Below are positions 1 to 11,405 of a stretch of DNA of 52,538 bases, piece by piece; the stretch's first letter is position 1; the number at the start of each line of letters is the position of its first letter. Where the stretch lies: NCBI GenBank assembly GCA_001938485.1, contig MQRK01204900.1:1-52538 (forward strand), written 5' to 3'. The translations under genes were made by a program, and so were the position numbers. Below the pieces are notes generated by a model, which was not told where the DNA came from, searched no databases, and saw only the letters and a list, made by a program, of their open reading frames with translations. Source of the DNA: Girardia tigrina (Eukaryota).

Positions 1-42
1 ACAACCGCCTTGGATCACTGTATCCGTTGTTGCTGTAGTGAA

Positions 43-243
43 TGGGGGCGATCGCCCCCAGTTTCGCGACCGTTGCTAGGGAACCAAGGAACCAATCAGA
101 AGCGTTTCTAAGGTGATCGAGACAGTTGCTATGGTAACCGCGACCGTTGCTATGGCGATCGCGACCGTTGCTATGGCGATCGCGACCGTTGCTAGGGAAC
201 CGTCGACCAATCAGAAGCGTTGCCAAGGTGATCGCGACCGTTG
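43..243. repeat. GC-rich 21-bp tandem repeat with ~116-bp higher-order unit, preceded by a perfect 18-bp palindrome; runs into gap
   Basis: Units like CGCGACCGTTGCTATGGCGAT; block CGCGACCGTTGCTAGGGAACC..CCAATCAGAAGCGTT recurs at 65 and 181; TGGGGGCGATCGCCCCCA at 43-60. Confidence 0.85.
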
Positions 244-411
244 NNNNNNNNNNNNNNNNNNNNNNNNNNNNNNNNNNNNNNNNNNNNNNNNNNNNNNNNN
301 NNNNNNNNNNNNNNNNNNNNNNNNNNNNNNNNNNNNNNNNNNNNNNNNNNNNNNNNNNNNNNNNNNNNNGGGGGGGGGTGGTGGAGAACACACATTTTTC
401 CCCTGCTTGAC

Positions 412-1333
412 AAACTCTCCATAAGGAACTGAGGGTTCTCTACTTTCATCTTTTCCCAAATATGGAAAGCCGTTTATTATATATTTGCTACATACATCGA
501 ATGCTAACCAGAATTTTGTACCAAATTTGTCCGATTTATTGGGCATGTCTTGAGTAAATCTACACCTTGCTTTCGTTGGAAACAATTGTTCGTCAATAGT
601 AATATATGGCCTTGGTTTATAACAATTTTGACTGTTATCAATAAACTTGTACCAAACCTCCGAAATCATAGCGAATTTATCGGTTTGTAAGCGTTGGCTT
701 CGCTGATTTATGTCGTCAAATCGAATAAATCTCATAATCTCCGTAAAGTCATGTCTACTAATAGTATTTGAAAAAAAAGGCGGGCCCACATTTTATTCTT
801 AGCCTCATATGCGCCGCATGCATACAAAATTGCAAAAAAATCCATATAATTTTGCAGTAGACAATTCTCAACACTCTAAATGCCTCTGTCTCTGTGCACT
901 TTCTCATAAGTTCGATTATATTTTTATCAATTATCACAGAAAATGCCGTCCTAACTTTACCTATCATAATATTACGTTTACAATATCCAGTTGGGTCTGA
1001 TGTTTCACTAAAAATATTATGACTAGGTGCTCTTCCATGATTAGACCCTGTTTTTACTTCCTGCCAAACACTTCCGTCCATAGCAATTTCTCTTACCTCT
1101 TCGTCATTCTCACTATCGGAACTAACTAAAACTCTCCTTCTCTTTCGCCGTCTACATACATTCGAAATATTCTCTTCATTCTCATCAATGTTCGAGTCGG
1201 TTTCAAGTGGATCATAATTTTCCGTATTGTCGATTTCCATATCTAGAATTTCTTGATCATTCTCAGAACATTCTGCATCGATATCATTTATTTTCTCTAA
1301 TAATACATTCGCACTCCTCAAACGTCTTGACAT
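412..1333 (-). pseudogene. piggyBac transposase (PGBD4-like), frameshifted, 3' part lost at the gap
   Basis: ORFs 758-1333 and 211-789: acidic N-terminus, then FIRFDD..R, DKFAMISEVW, YITIDEQLFPTKARCRFTQDMPNKSDKFGTKFW typical of piggyBac DDD transposases. Confidence 0.9.
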
Positions 1334-1694
1334 TTTGGGGACAAATATTCAACGGAAAAAAATAAAAACTAAAATATGAAAATGTAAATCAATATAGATA
1401 AAAAAAATCAATAAAAAATCAAATGTGAAACTTACTTCGACGTATTATTAGTCTTGTTCACTATTTTGAAAATGACACTTACAACACGTAATATGATATA
1501 AAATATTATAAAATAATAATAATAAAAGACTGCCAAGTATCCTCTTTGTGACTTTCACGTTTCGATGCACTCTGTTCGTGTTACAAGACTCTACTGATTT
1601 GAATTCGTGAGAAGATGTCTATATATTTCCTTTAGTTATGAGTTCATTTCTTTTCCGTCATAGTAGATAAGATTACGTGAGAAAATTTGAGGAA

Positions 1695-2018
1695 ATGGAC
1701 CGTATCAGATCAATCAAGCAAATAAACACCTCTAACTCGATAGTCGAGCGAGAACTGCAAACACTTGGAAGTGCCGTAAACCATTTTCTGGAAGGCACTT
1801 ATAGGATAAAATCATGCCACATTTACATTACCTTTCGTTTGTAACGAATTTATAGTTTTTGCATTGAGTCTTAGAGAAAAACTATTACAAAAATGTATAA
1901 ATCTAACGAACATCCAAAATATCAATTTTCCACCTGGGTGGGAGAAGCACATTTCCAAATACTAAACTCAACATACAAAATTCTACATACCAAATTTAAA
2001 ATATTCTTCACGTATTAG
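1695..2018 (+). CDS. possible small gene or fragment with 29- and 34-nt introns, unknown product
   Basis: GT-AG introns 1776-1804 and 1841-1874 join open frames MDRIRSIK..LGSA/DKIMPHLHYLSF/RKTITK..FTY*; no motif recognised; strand uncertain. Confidence 0.2.
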
Positions 2019-3519
2019 AAGTAATATTTTTCAAAAGTTAAAATAAGCATGTTTAATGTTTTAATGAAAGACATGTTAGAGGTTTGAAAAATTTTAAAAT
2101 AAGTTAATTATTTTTTTTTACAATTTTATGAAATATTTTAAAGTTAAAATAACAAAAAATGTTAGGAAATTTGTTCTAATAATCATTATTTAAAATTTAG
2201 AAACAACACTAACTAGAACGATGATAAATGGTAAAAGAACTTCTGAGAGTTGTAATGACTCTAAATGTAATAGTAATGGACTTTGCGAAGAAATTGTGTC
2301 GGTGCTCTTAACATTTACAAAGTACATTCGTTGACATTATCATGATTACGAACTTCAGAGATGTTTCAAATTATTTTCCCTTGAAATCATTTGTGAGAAC
2401 GTAAAGTTATTGAAAGATTAGTTTCCTTTTGCAAATCAGAAAATCTGGACAATTTTTTCATCTATCATTTTTATAGAAAAAAAGGAATGAAGAGGAACAT
2501 ATCTATACAGGGACAGACTAAAAAATATTTTAAAAATAAATGTAGTTATATCTAATTATATTTGATCCCATGTTTTATACGATTTGTCGATTTTATAAAA
2601 GTATTTATCTTCTAATTATAGAATCACTATTAGTAGTATTATATATTTGTAATAATAAATATATATATTTCCGAAGCGTCAAGTAAATTAAGAAGAATAT
2701 TGAAAAAAGATTATCCTTTCATTAGACAAAAATTGGAAAAAAAACATAATTTCAATAATCCCGAAATTTTATGACTCTCAATTAATTAAATTTTTATACC
2801 CCCTTTTACTGCACTTCAAATAAATAAATAAATAAATAAATAAAATGCATGACTAATAATGTGTCCGCCAGCGAAGCTATAGCGAAAGAAAATCAAAAAA
2901 ATAAATATTTAAAATAAGTTTTGAATTTAGATAACGTAAAAAAGTTTTTATTATTAAAAACACTTTCTAAATGAATTAAAGAGATACTTGAAATTATTTT
3001 AATTTTAAATAATGTTATAATAGCTTATGGTGGTCTAAGAAAACCTTTTCTGAAAAAAATTAAAAAATAAAATAATACAAACAACAGCAATAAGAAGAAG
3101 CATTTGATACATTCACAAATAAATATTTTTTTTAATAATGAAACGATTATCAATTTCTGTTTTATACTTAAACTTCCCCTACCCAAGGTTGCCATTACCA
3201 TTGGTATGGTGTCTCGCAGCATGGGAGAGAATTAAGGTACATATACATTATAATTAAAATTAAAGTCAATTACTTACTTAAAATGAGAACAAATAAATTC
3301 ATGACCAAAAAGATAAATAATATTTTCTGAGAATTTAATAACCAAGTGATTTATTTTCATATGGTTGCTATATAAATGTATTCTTTTTTCTTGTCATCAT
3401 ACCGCAGTGCAAATAAATTCAAGTATATCATTATATGACAGCAATTAATTTTATTAAATACTTCTTTTATTTCAGTAATTGTTATTTTTAAAAACATATT
3501 ATTTCATTAATTATAATTA

Positions 3520-3612
3520 AATTATCAATACTTAATATTATATTATCAATATATAATATCAATATAATATATTATCAATATAATATATTATCAATATAAT
3601 ATATTATCAACA
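3520..3612. repeat. AT-rich minisatellite (ATATTATCAATATA-like units)
   Basis: Several imperfect tandem copies of TATTATCAAT(A)TA. Confidence 0.7.
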
Positions 3613-3721
3613 ACTACAAATAAAAATGATTTAAACTCGACAGACGTACCGTAGCTCCCCTGCTTCTCCATCATCCTTGCTGGAGAGATGTAGGTATAAC
3701 TAGATATATATTCTAGTATGT

Positions 3722-4110
3722 AGGGATTCTCCGATCTTCGAAGTTAAGCACTCAACGGCCGCATTAGTACTTAAATGTCTAACCGATAGGGAATTCGAAG
3801 GTAAAGTCAGGTAAGCATGCCTTCAACAGGTACCATGTAAACCTGTAATACTATCACATGATTGAATGTTTGGCGACTAAACTGGTTCCTTCTCCCAAAG
3901 CAATCTGGGTGAAGATAGTGTGTGGACTAGCAACAGGATGAAAAACAAAACCTAGCTTAAAGCAAACGGCCATCCGTATATGGAGAGGAGATAGGCGCCA
4001 CCAGGTTACTTCCCTACAGATACACTTAAAAATATGCAAAAACCAAGCCATTATACTTTTGCTTAAATGCATGCACCTAAGGCCCTACACAAGGTCAAAA
4101 AAAGGGATTG
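3722..4110 (+). mobile_element. 5S rRNA-derived SINE-like element (or 5S pseudogene plus unrelated GC-richer body)
   Basis: 3731-3802 CCGATCTTCGAAGTTAAGCA..GGCC..TTAGTACTT..ATG..ACCG..GGGAA follows the 5S internal control region (box A, intermediate element, box C); the 5' ~30 nt of 5S are not recognisable; a non-5S body follows. Confidence 0.6.
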
Positions 4111-4310
4111 GTGAGTATCTATATTCAAAATGGTTTTATTACTTCTCGAAATTAAATTTTCCATTCGTAGTTTCTGACTCAAGAAAGAATTTCAATTAAG
4201 ATATTTATTAGACGTTTTAATATTTATTGATTTAAAATATAAACATTTTAACGAAACGTAAGAGATAAACCATATTTTGTGTTGCTAAGCTTTAATAAAT
4301 ATAAGTGGCT

Positions 4311-4560
4311 ACAGGGTGGCCATAAAGTTTCTTCAATGTTTAAAAATTCGTATAGAAATATTTCAAACACGTTTTCTTTCAGTTAATGACACTAAAATCC
4401 AACGATGAGATATTGATGACCTGCCATGATGTACTTAATTCTCATTCAATTTCAAAATTGATCATTAATTATTTACTTAAGCATCAATTGTTTAACTGTG
4501 GCACATGTTTTGCAATATTTTGAAATATGTTCACTTGCCATCGATCGAAATGTCTCCTTA
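4311..4560 (-). mobile_element. possible Tc1/mariner terminal remnant
   Basis: TA-CAGGGTGGCCA terminus typical of Tc1/mariner TIRs; no partner TIR found. Confidence 0.25.
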
Positions 4561-4764
4561 TTAACGCATTAGATAAGTTCATTTGAAAAAAACATTATAA
4601 TCTACAGTACATGTTGTAATAATGTTAAATATTCAAAATTAAATTTGTTTAAATACGTGATAAAAAGCGTGAAAACAGAATTTGATTTTTTGTATTGTAC
4701 TTAAATAACCTTTATTGTTGTTTAGTGGTGTTCTATTTCTGATGAAACTACAAACTATCGCGTG

Positions 4765-5494
4765 ATGAAGACTATTGAAGATGATGAAAATATTCAAAGG
4801 CGAAGAATATGCACATAGATGGTTCGAGAGAGCGACGATCATTGCAGAAAAGACTGGCGAAAATTTGGTCGATGCATTTCCTCTTTTATTCGCTGGGTTA
4901 GCATTTAGAGTGTGGCAAATTTACTCAAAGAGTGTCAAAATGATATGGAGAAGATCGAGGCTGCCGTGGTAAAAGTTTTTGGGAAGTTGATGTCTTTTAG
5001 AGTTGCAATCGAGAAAGTTACAGAAAGATGAAGCAGTGGAAGATTTAGCCGAATATATTAGGCGATTATGCAGATTATCGCAGTTTCCGATTAATGAACA
5101 GATATTTAAATGTTGTTTCTTAAGCTGTTTAGCCGATGATGTGCGAGTCAAATTGAAAACATTAATAGAATTAGACGAGATATCGCAAAGTAAGTTAGTG
5201 GAAAAGGCCAGGATCATAACTAACGAGATGAGATGCGAAGTTACTGTATGTGTGAGTTATAGAGCTTTATCAGGGCGCGATGGAATTCACTCGTGGTGGT
5301 GGGATACTTTTAAAATGTTGCAAAAGCCCAATGACAAACTCTATCAGGCGATGAAAGGCGTAAAAAAACCTTCTATGCTGAAGTTCTTTTCGTGTGGGAA
5401 GCCCGGGCATATAGCTAGGGAGTGTATATCAAGTAATACGTTTAAATGTTTTAGCTGTGGAGGAGGGGGTCATAAAGCAAACGAATGTAAGTAG
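4765..5494 (+). pseudogene. gag of element A with two CCHC zinc knuckles
   Basis: ORFs 4775-4972 and 5003-5494; (F)FSCGKPGHIAREC and CFSCGGGGHKANEC. Confidence 0.85.
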
Positions 5495-5559
5495 AAGAAT
5501 CATTTAAATTTAAACCAAGAATAGTTGGCACTGCCTATTCTTGTACGCAGAGAAAGGTG

Positions 5560-6282
5560 CCTATGCGGATAATGGTGAAGTTGAACGACAAGAGGGTTAA
5601 TGATCTTATTGATAGTGAGAGTGATGCGAGTATTGTAAGATATGAGTTAGGTAGAGAGATGATTATTTAGTCTAATGTGTGTGTTAAGGCAGTTGATGGA
5701 AAAGAAGTAGCTGTGCTTGGAGAGTGTGAGATAGAGATTGAGTCAGAGTCTAATGTGATATTGAGATTAAAGTGTTTAGTTATGAGCGAGTTATTAAAAG
5801 ATGTAGATGTTATTATTGGCATGGATGGAATAATGCAAGGAGGAGGTATTAAAATTGATAGTAAATGTTGTGTTTCTTGGAGTGAAGAGGTGTTTCATAG
5901 CGGCGCAACACAGTCAAATAGTGGAAGAAATAATATCGATTCATATTCGAGTAAAATGTTGTATCAAAGCGGTGCAAAACAGACAAATCTCGAAATAAAT
6001 GAAATTGATTTTAATGCAAAATTTACTGGATGGAAGTGGGAAGTAAAGTGGAAATGGAAAGATATAACGCCTCAGTTGTCAAATAAAGTAGCAAATTATC
6101 ACACGGATAAAGACACTAGAATAAAGTTTCATGAGGTACTACAGGATTGGTTAAAGAAAAGTTCAAATAGTGATAGAGAAGGAATTATACCGTTGCTTGC
6201 AGTCAAACAAGAAAAGAAGGGTAAAGTAAGATCTGTCATGGATCATCGAGAGTTGAATCAGTTTATTAGTTCTCATACATTA
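5560..6282 (+). pseudogene. element A protease and RT N-terminus
   Basis: Degenerate LIDSE active site near 5605; DVIIGMD; WEVKWKWKD..P.L.N; GIIPLLAVKQEKKGKVRSVMDHRELN. Confidence 0.85.
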
Positions 6283-9200
6283 TGTTACGATGGAGATTTC
6301 GGACCTTCCCGATATCGATGCCATTTCACATGCAAGGAACCTTCGTAGAAAAGTTGGTGATAGTCTGGCTCGACTATGACCGTTATGCTTAAATAGATCC
6401 CAGGAGCATGCGGAACGACGAACAATAAAGAGAGACTCGTCACCATAAGTACCCGCGATAAGAAGACATCGTTTTCCGAGATTGGCCGTGAGCTGAGAAA
6501 AAATGAATTCATAAGAACTAAAAACCCCGAGAAGGCTGTAAGAGCTCACCTAAGAGTGATAGAGGCCGGGAAAGGGACTCCGACGAAGATCACTGACAAA
6601 GGAGTGCTCATAGTCTTGAGAGGAGCTGAAAAACGTTGCAGGAGACGCCTAAGAAAGCTGAAAAACAAAGATAAAGTTAAAGTTAATTAAGAAAATTAAT
6701 TAGAAACAAACCATCATCCGATTGCGAGACAGCTGTGGAGACGAGATCCGAATCATCCTGAATGAAAGATAATTAAATCAGAACATCTTTATGACATGTT
6801 TACCAGAACGGCACAATCCGCTTGAATGCCGGTACAGTCGCGGAGATAGGGAGGCCAGTCTTCAAGCATCAGGTATGGGCCACATGAACAGCGATACAGC
6901 AGCATAATTATCTAAATTATAAAGCAATCAGATGGCAGTCAGAAACGTAGATAGTTACCATCCGCAGTTTCATTGAATAGCAAAGACGGAAAATAAACAA
7001 ACGAACCATAATAATCTCGCAATTCCTCGCATTCTACCACTGGTAGTTAAGTATCTATGAAGCACAGATACATCCTGCCGTGCTGCACACAGGTGGTCGT
7101 GAAAACAGTTGCAGTCGTTCCGCCCCCATCCTACAGCTGTCGAGACAAGGACATGCCACTTATTACACACAAACTTGTAGGTGTGCAAGAAGGCTGGAGG
7201 AGCGCGGTGTATACACAAACCATTTATAATATAAATAGCGAATTTATTTCGCGTAATTCACCCGCCAGTTTTTTGATTTTAGAAGTTTTAATTCTGAAAA
7301 AAATTGTAGTCCAATTTTAATTTTAAATTTTTTTTAATTCTGAAAAATTTGAAAGTCCAATTTTTAATTCTGAAAATTTGCAATATTGCAACGAGATTGT
7401 TAATCGAAACTAGAAGGTACGGCCGTTGTTACTTACACTTGTCGGTTATTATTATTATTATATACCTTTTCATCATATTTTGTTAATGTTTATTTTATTT
7501 GACATGGTAATTATTTGAGTTATACAATATATATTTCTTTCAATTATTTCTTTTCTTAATTGATAATTTAATTTAACTCTGTGAATCCTAGTCTTGAATT
7601 ATTTATTTAATTAACCCAATAGAACTTTTAATCACCCGTCGAGGCAGTCGTTTGCTCCGCTATTTCGAACCCCTAGTATTGGTCATCGTTTTCAGTTATC
7701 GTTGAGAATTTGCCATTCTAAGGCATGATAAAGGGGAGAACCACCCAAGGGGTGGAGATCATGGTTCGAATACTAGTCGTTTAGTAACAGGAGGAGACGA
7801 AGGTAGTATGAGCAAGAGTGTTGTAATAGTAGCGGACAAGATTACGATGTAGGGAAGCGATGTATTCCATGTACATATTGTAAATAAAGATTGACTTATG
7901 AGTAGTAATGTGATGTTGGGATTGTAGATAATGTCTGTAAGGCTAGATGCTTATCGAACCTACAAATTTTGGATACGACGATTCGAGTTATGATAAATTT
8001 AACGTGGGGATAATCCTATGATCATTTAGCTAATTTGACGAAGATCGATTCTGGAGGGTGTATTGTTGGGAACTTATAAAATATTTATATTTATATTTAA
8101 TCAAAGTTATTTTACAAACGGTGTACTTGATTGCTATTTATTTGATTAATTTATTAGAGATAAATTTAGAATTGTAATAATTGAATTAAAAAGGTTCAAC
8201 TCGATAATTAAAATAAAAGAATCTGAATTTCGATCTTGGAAGTAAACCCAATCGGTCCTAAAAGGTTCAAACAACATTTTGTAAACCATGAAGTAACAAT
8301 ATTATATACAATAATAATAAATATAATATGGTAAACGTAATAAATGTATATGTAGAACAATAATGAATGCATAAGATATATGCTACCGACGTGGTTTAAT
8401 CTTACGAATTGTTTTGCTTGATGTAGTTATTTCGGAGAATTCTATAACTGGTATTACCTGAAATTAACAAAAAATTACTTTCGTCTACTGTGACTATCTT
8501 AGGAGATTTCAAATTTACAATTATTAAAATTATTATATCAGCACTTAATTACTACCTTTATATTTTCGTTATTGATATTATCTTAGAAATTTCATCTAAT
8601 AAATTTGTTACAATTGTACGACTTATCATAAAATAATTGTTGGATTTTATTTCTTAATATAAATATAATTTTGAATTGCTCAAGAACATGAAATTCCACC
8701 GTTTCGATAACTAATCTTCTGTTGTTGAGTCGAACAAATTGGATATAATTTTTATTTGTTAGAGTAAAATTAAGTACTGGTTTGATAAAGTGGCTTCACA
8801 CAAAGGTCGGTTTTACAGACAAAAGGTTTTGATACCGGCAAGTGTCACAAATAAAATTCGTAGTCAACACTCAAAGTATAAAATGTAAGTCAATGGTTAA
8901 AGTTAAATTTAAAATCGAGTTCGAAGTCATTAATGAGGTTGAGAAAAATAAACCGATGAAAGATGACGTGTGTTGAAAAATAAATGTCGTGTGAATCGAG
9001 ATTATTGACGGAGACGATGAACCTTTTGAAGATGACGCAGCATGCAAGGGGTACGTGCGCAGACCGACGTTTATTTTCTTGGGGCTCTCTTCGATCCATG
9101 TATTCAAAAATGATAATTCGTGAGTGCAATTATGACGACAGCGTGAAATGATATGTACCCCTCAGAAGCTGAGCTACCAGTCGGTCTATACTCGTTACTG

Positions 9201-9387
9201 GTTGAATCCGAAGGCGCTCCGATGTACACACAACTTGTTGATGTGAGCGGAGGAGACTCGTTTGTTTCCCATGAGTGTAATGTTAAGATACAGGAATGTA
9301 TATACTACATTGGAGTTGCCATTGAACTCTAAAACGGATGGGGGCTTTGAGCTTGCAAAGATGTTGTTAAGAGAGGAAAACACAATA
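6283..9387. mobile_element. 3.1-kb unclassified insertion B inside the RT of element A
   Basis: ATTA duplicated at 6279-6282 and 9388-9391; removal restores in-frame SHT-LDAVSVDDELRKWR; termini TGTTA..CAATA; no recognisable ORF. Confidence 0.75.
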
Positions 9388-9663
9388 ATTAGATGCAGTA
9401 TCAGTGGATGACGAACTTCGCAAGTGGAGAAGTATGCCAAAGAATTGCAAAATTATCGACTTGAAAAATGCCTATTTACAAATTGGAGTAAATTCAACTT
9501 TATTGGAGTATCAGAGAGTGCGAATTAATGGTGAATTTTACGAGCTTACAAGATTAGGATTTGGTTTAGTATTTGCTCCGAAAATAATGTCCATGATTTT
9601 AGGAAAGGTTTTGTTTATTGATGAAAAAGTTTGCCGTGGAACTCGTCATTATGTAGATGATAT
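9388..9663 (+). pseudogene. element A RT core
   Basis: IIDLKNAYLQI..YELTRLGFGLVFAPKIM..HYVDDI (YxDD motif). Confidence 0.9.
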
Positions 9664-10347
9664 TGTAGTGCCCTACTTATTTTTGTATCTTTTATTTTGG
9701 GTTTTATTTTTTTTGTTGTATAGCGTGTGTTATTATTATTATTTTTTATTACATTTTATTTTATTCTATTTATTTTGTTTTGTGGTGTGTACTGAAAAAA
9801 ATGAACAAAAAAAAGAAAACCGAAAAGAAGAAGGAAGATAACTCGCATCAGAAAATTTCTTCCAACAGAAATCAAATTACGTAATGAAAATTATACGGAA
9901 ATTATTTTTATGCAAATTAAATAAATCAATTTATTGAAAATGAATAAAATTTAAAAATAAAATATCTAAACAACCATTATACATCATTTCAACCATTTAT
10001 TTCGCCGGACACTTATTCCAATCAAATTTCCAAATATCCATTCAAGAAACACATTATTTCAACCATTTATTTCGCTAGACATTTATTTCAACCAAATTTC
10101 CAAATATCCATTCAAAAAATACATCTTTTCAACCAAGAAATTTTTCCTACTGTAAAAAAGTAACATTAATTGTGGTTCATTCTTCCCACCGACTTTATTT
10201 CTTTTTGCTATGATTAATTACTTCTTTTTAGTCTGTCCGTTGTTGTTAAATAATTAATAGTTTTGTTTACTTTGTCTTTTTATATTTTTTTCTTTGTAAA
10301 AGCAATTTCAAGTCCACTGTAACTGAATTTAGGTTGCTTTTACAAAC

Positions 10348-10361
10348 TGGTGTCAGAAGTG
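10348..10361 (+). promoter_or_regulatory. primer-binding site complementary to the tRNA-Leu 3' end
   Basis: TGGTGTCAGAAGTG 3 nt after LTR end; reverse complement of the eukaryotic tRNA-Leu(CAA) end CACTTCTGACACCA. Confidence 0.8.
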
Positions 10362-11398
10362 ACGACACACGTCTTACAATCACACAGACAATTACATTTA
10401 GAATTCAACACAACACAACATAACACAACACTACACAAAAGCCACTAAAACAAAATGCTAAGATCAAGAAAAGACAAAAAACAAAAACAACAATTCCAAA
10501 ACAAAGCCATTATAAATCAAACAATCAAGACACACCAAAATCACACAACAAATTCAACAACTACAATGACACAAACAACAGTTCAACATACGATAACACC
10601 TATACACAAAGAACCAATAAAACTCTACATATACCAGAATATTTTAATGACGACAGCAACACCCCCATTACATGGTTTAATACAGCAATCAACTTAGCTC
10701 ACTTAGACAATATATTCAACCAATATCAAATATGCAGCGCCATCATAGGGAAACTACCGAGCAAAATTATCAAACAAATTTCAGAGGAAATATCAGAATT
10801 AAAAGACTCAAAAGAACCTCTACAAACCCTTAAAACGGCAATCTGTTCAAAATACACAATCAATAATAGAGACACTCTAAGCGATTGCAATTACGACCGA
10901 CACAAATCTCGGTGACCGAACCCCTTCCGAACTCTACAAATCACTCAAGAAAAAATTAAACAAAATCGAGAAAAACAAAGAATTTACAAAAACATTTTTT
11001 CTACGAGCGTTACCCGACAACATTAGAATGGCACTCATCATTGCCAATACCCAATCAAATGAAGAAATGGTAAAATTAGCAGACAAACTGTATGCCGAAT
11101 ACAATCACCAAGTGAACAACATACTATCACACAAAAAACCCCAAGGAAACAATAACACAGATATACTAACAAACATCAACAAGCAACTTGAAAAATTCAA
11201 CAATCAATTCATAAACCTTGAAAATAGACTAAAGAACGTCGAAATAAATACAAACAAACCAACCCATAAACAACAAACGACAGATAGAAAACCAAACACA
11301 AACACAACATCAATCGAAAGCAAAAACTGATTATACTGGTATCACGAAAAATTCGGTGAACAGGCATATCGCTGTCAGAACCATTGTCATTATAAAAA

Positions 11399-11405
11399 TT
11401 TAAAC
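11399..11405 (+). promoter_or_regulatory. -1 ribosomal frameshift slippery heptamer T TTA AAC at the gag/pol junction of element C
   Basis: In gag frame reads aaT TTA AAC; the -1 frame runs open FKHEQSLSP..NFSLLVDTG into the protease active site. Confidence 0.7.

Noticed and set aside
61-243. CRISPR-like array
   Set aside because: Units are head-to-tail without unique spacers; eukaryotic context, no cas genes.
113-449. ORFs spanning the N gap (also 43116-44250)
   Set aside because: Artefacts of translating through Ns and tandem repeats.
1927-1965. WW-domain-like FPPGWEKHISKY
   Set aside because: Stop follows immediately; the aromatic and second Trp-Pro motifs of WW are absent.
9666-9841. 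Transmembrane-like tail on the RT ORF (env-like)
   Set aside because: Read-through into the T-rich LTR of nested element C.
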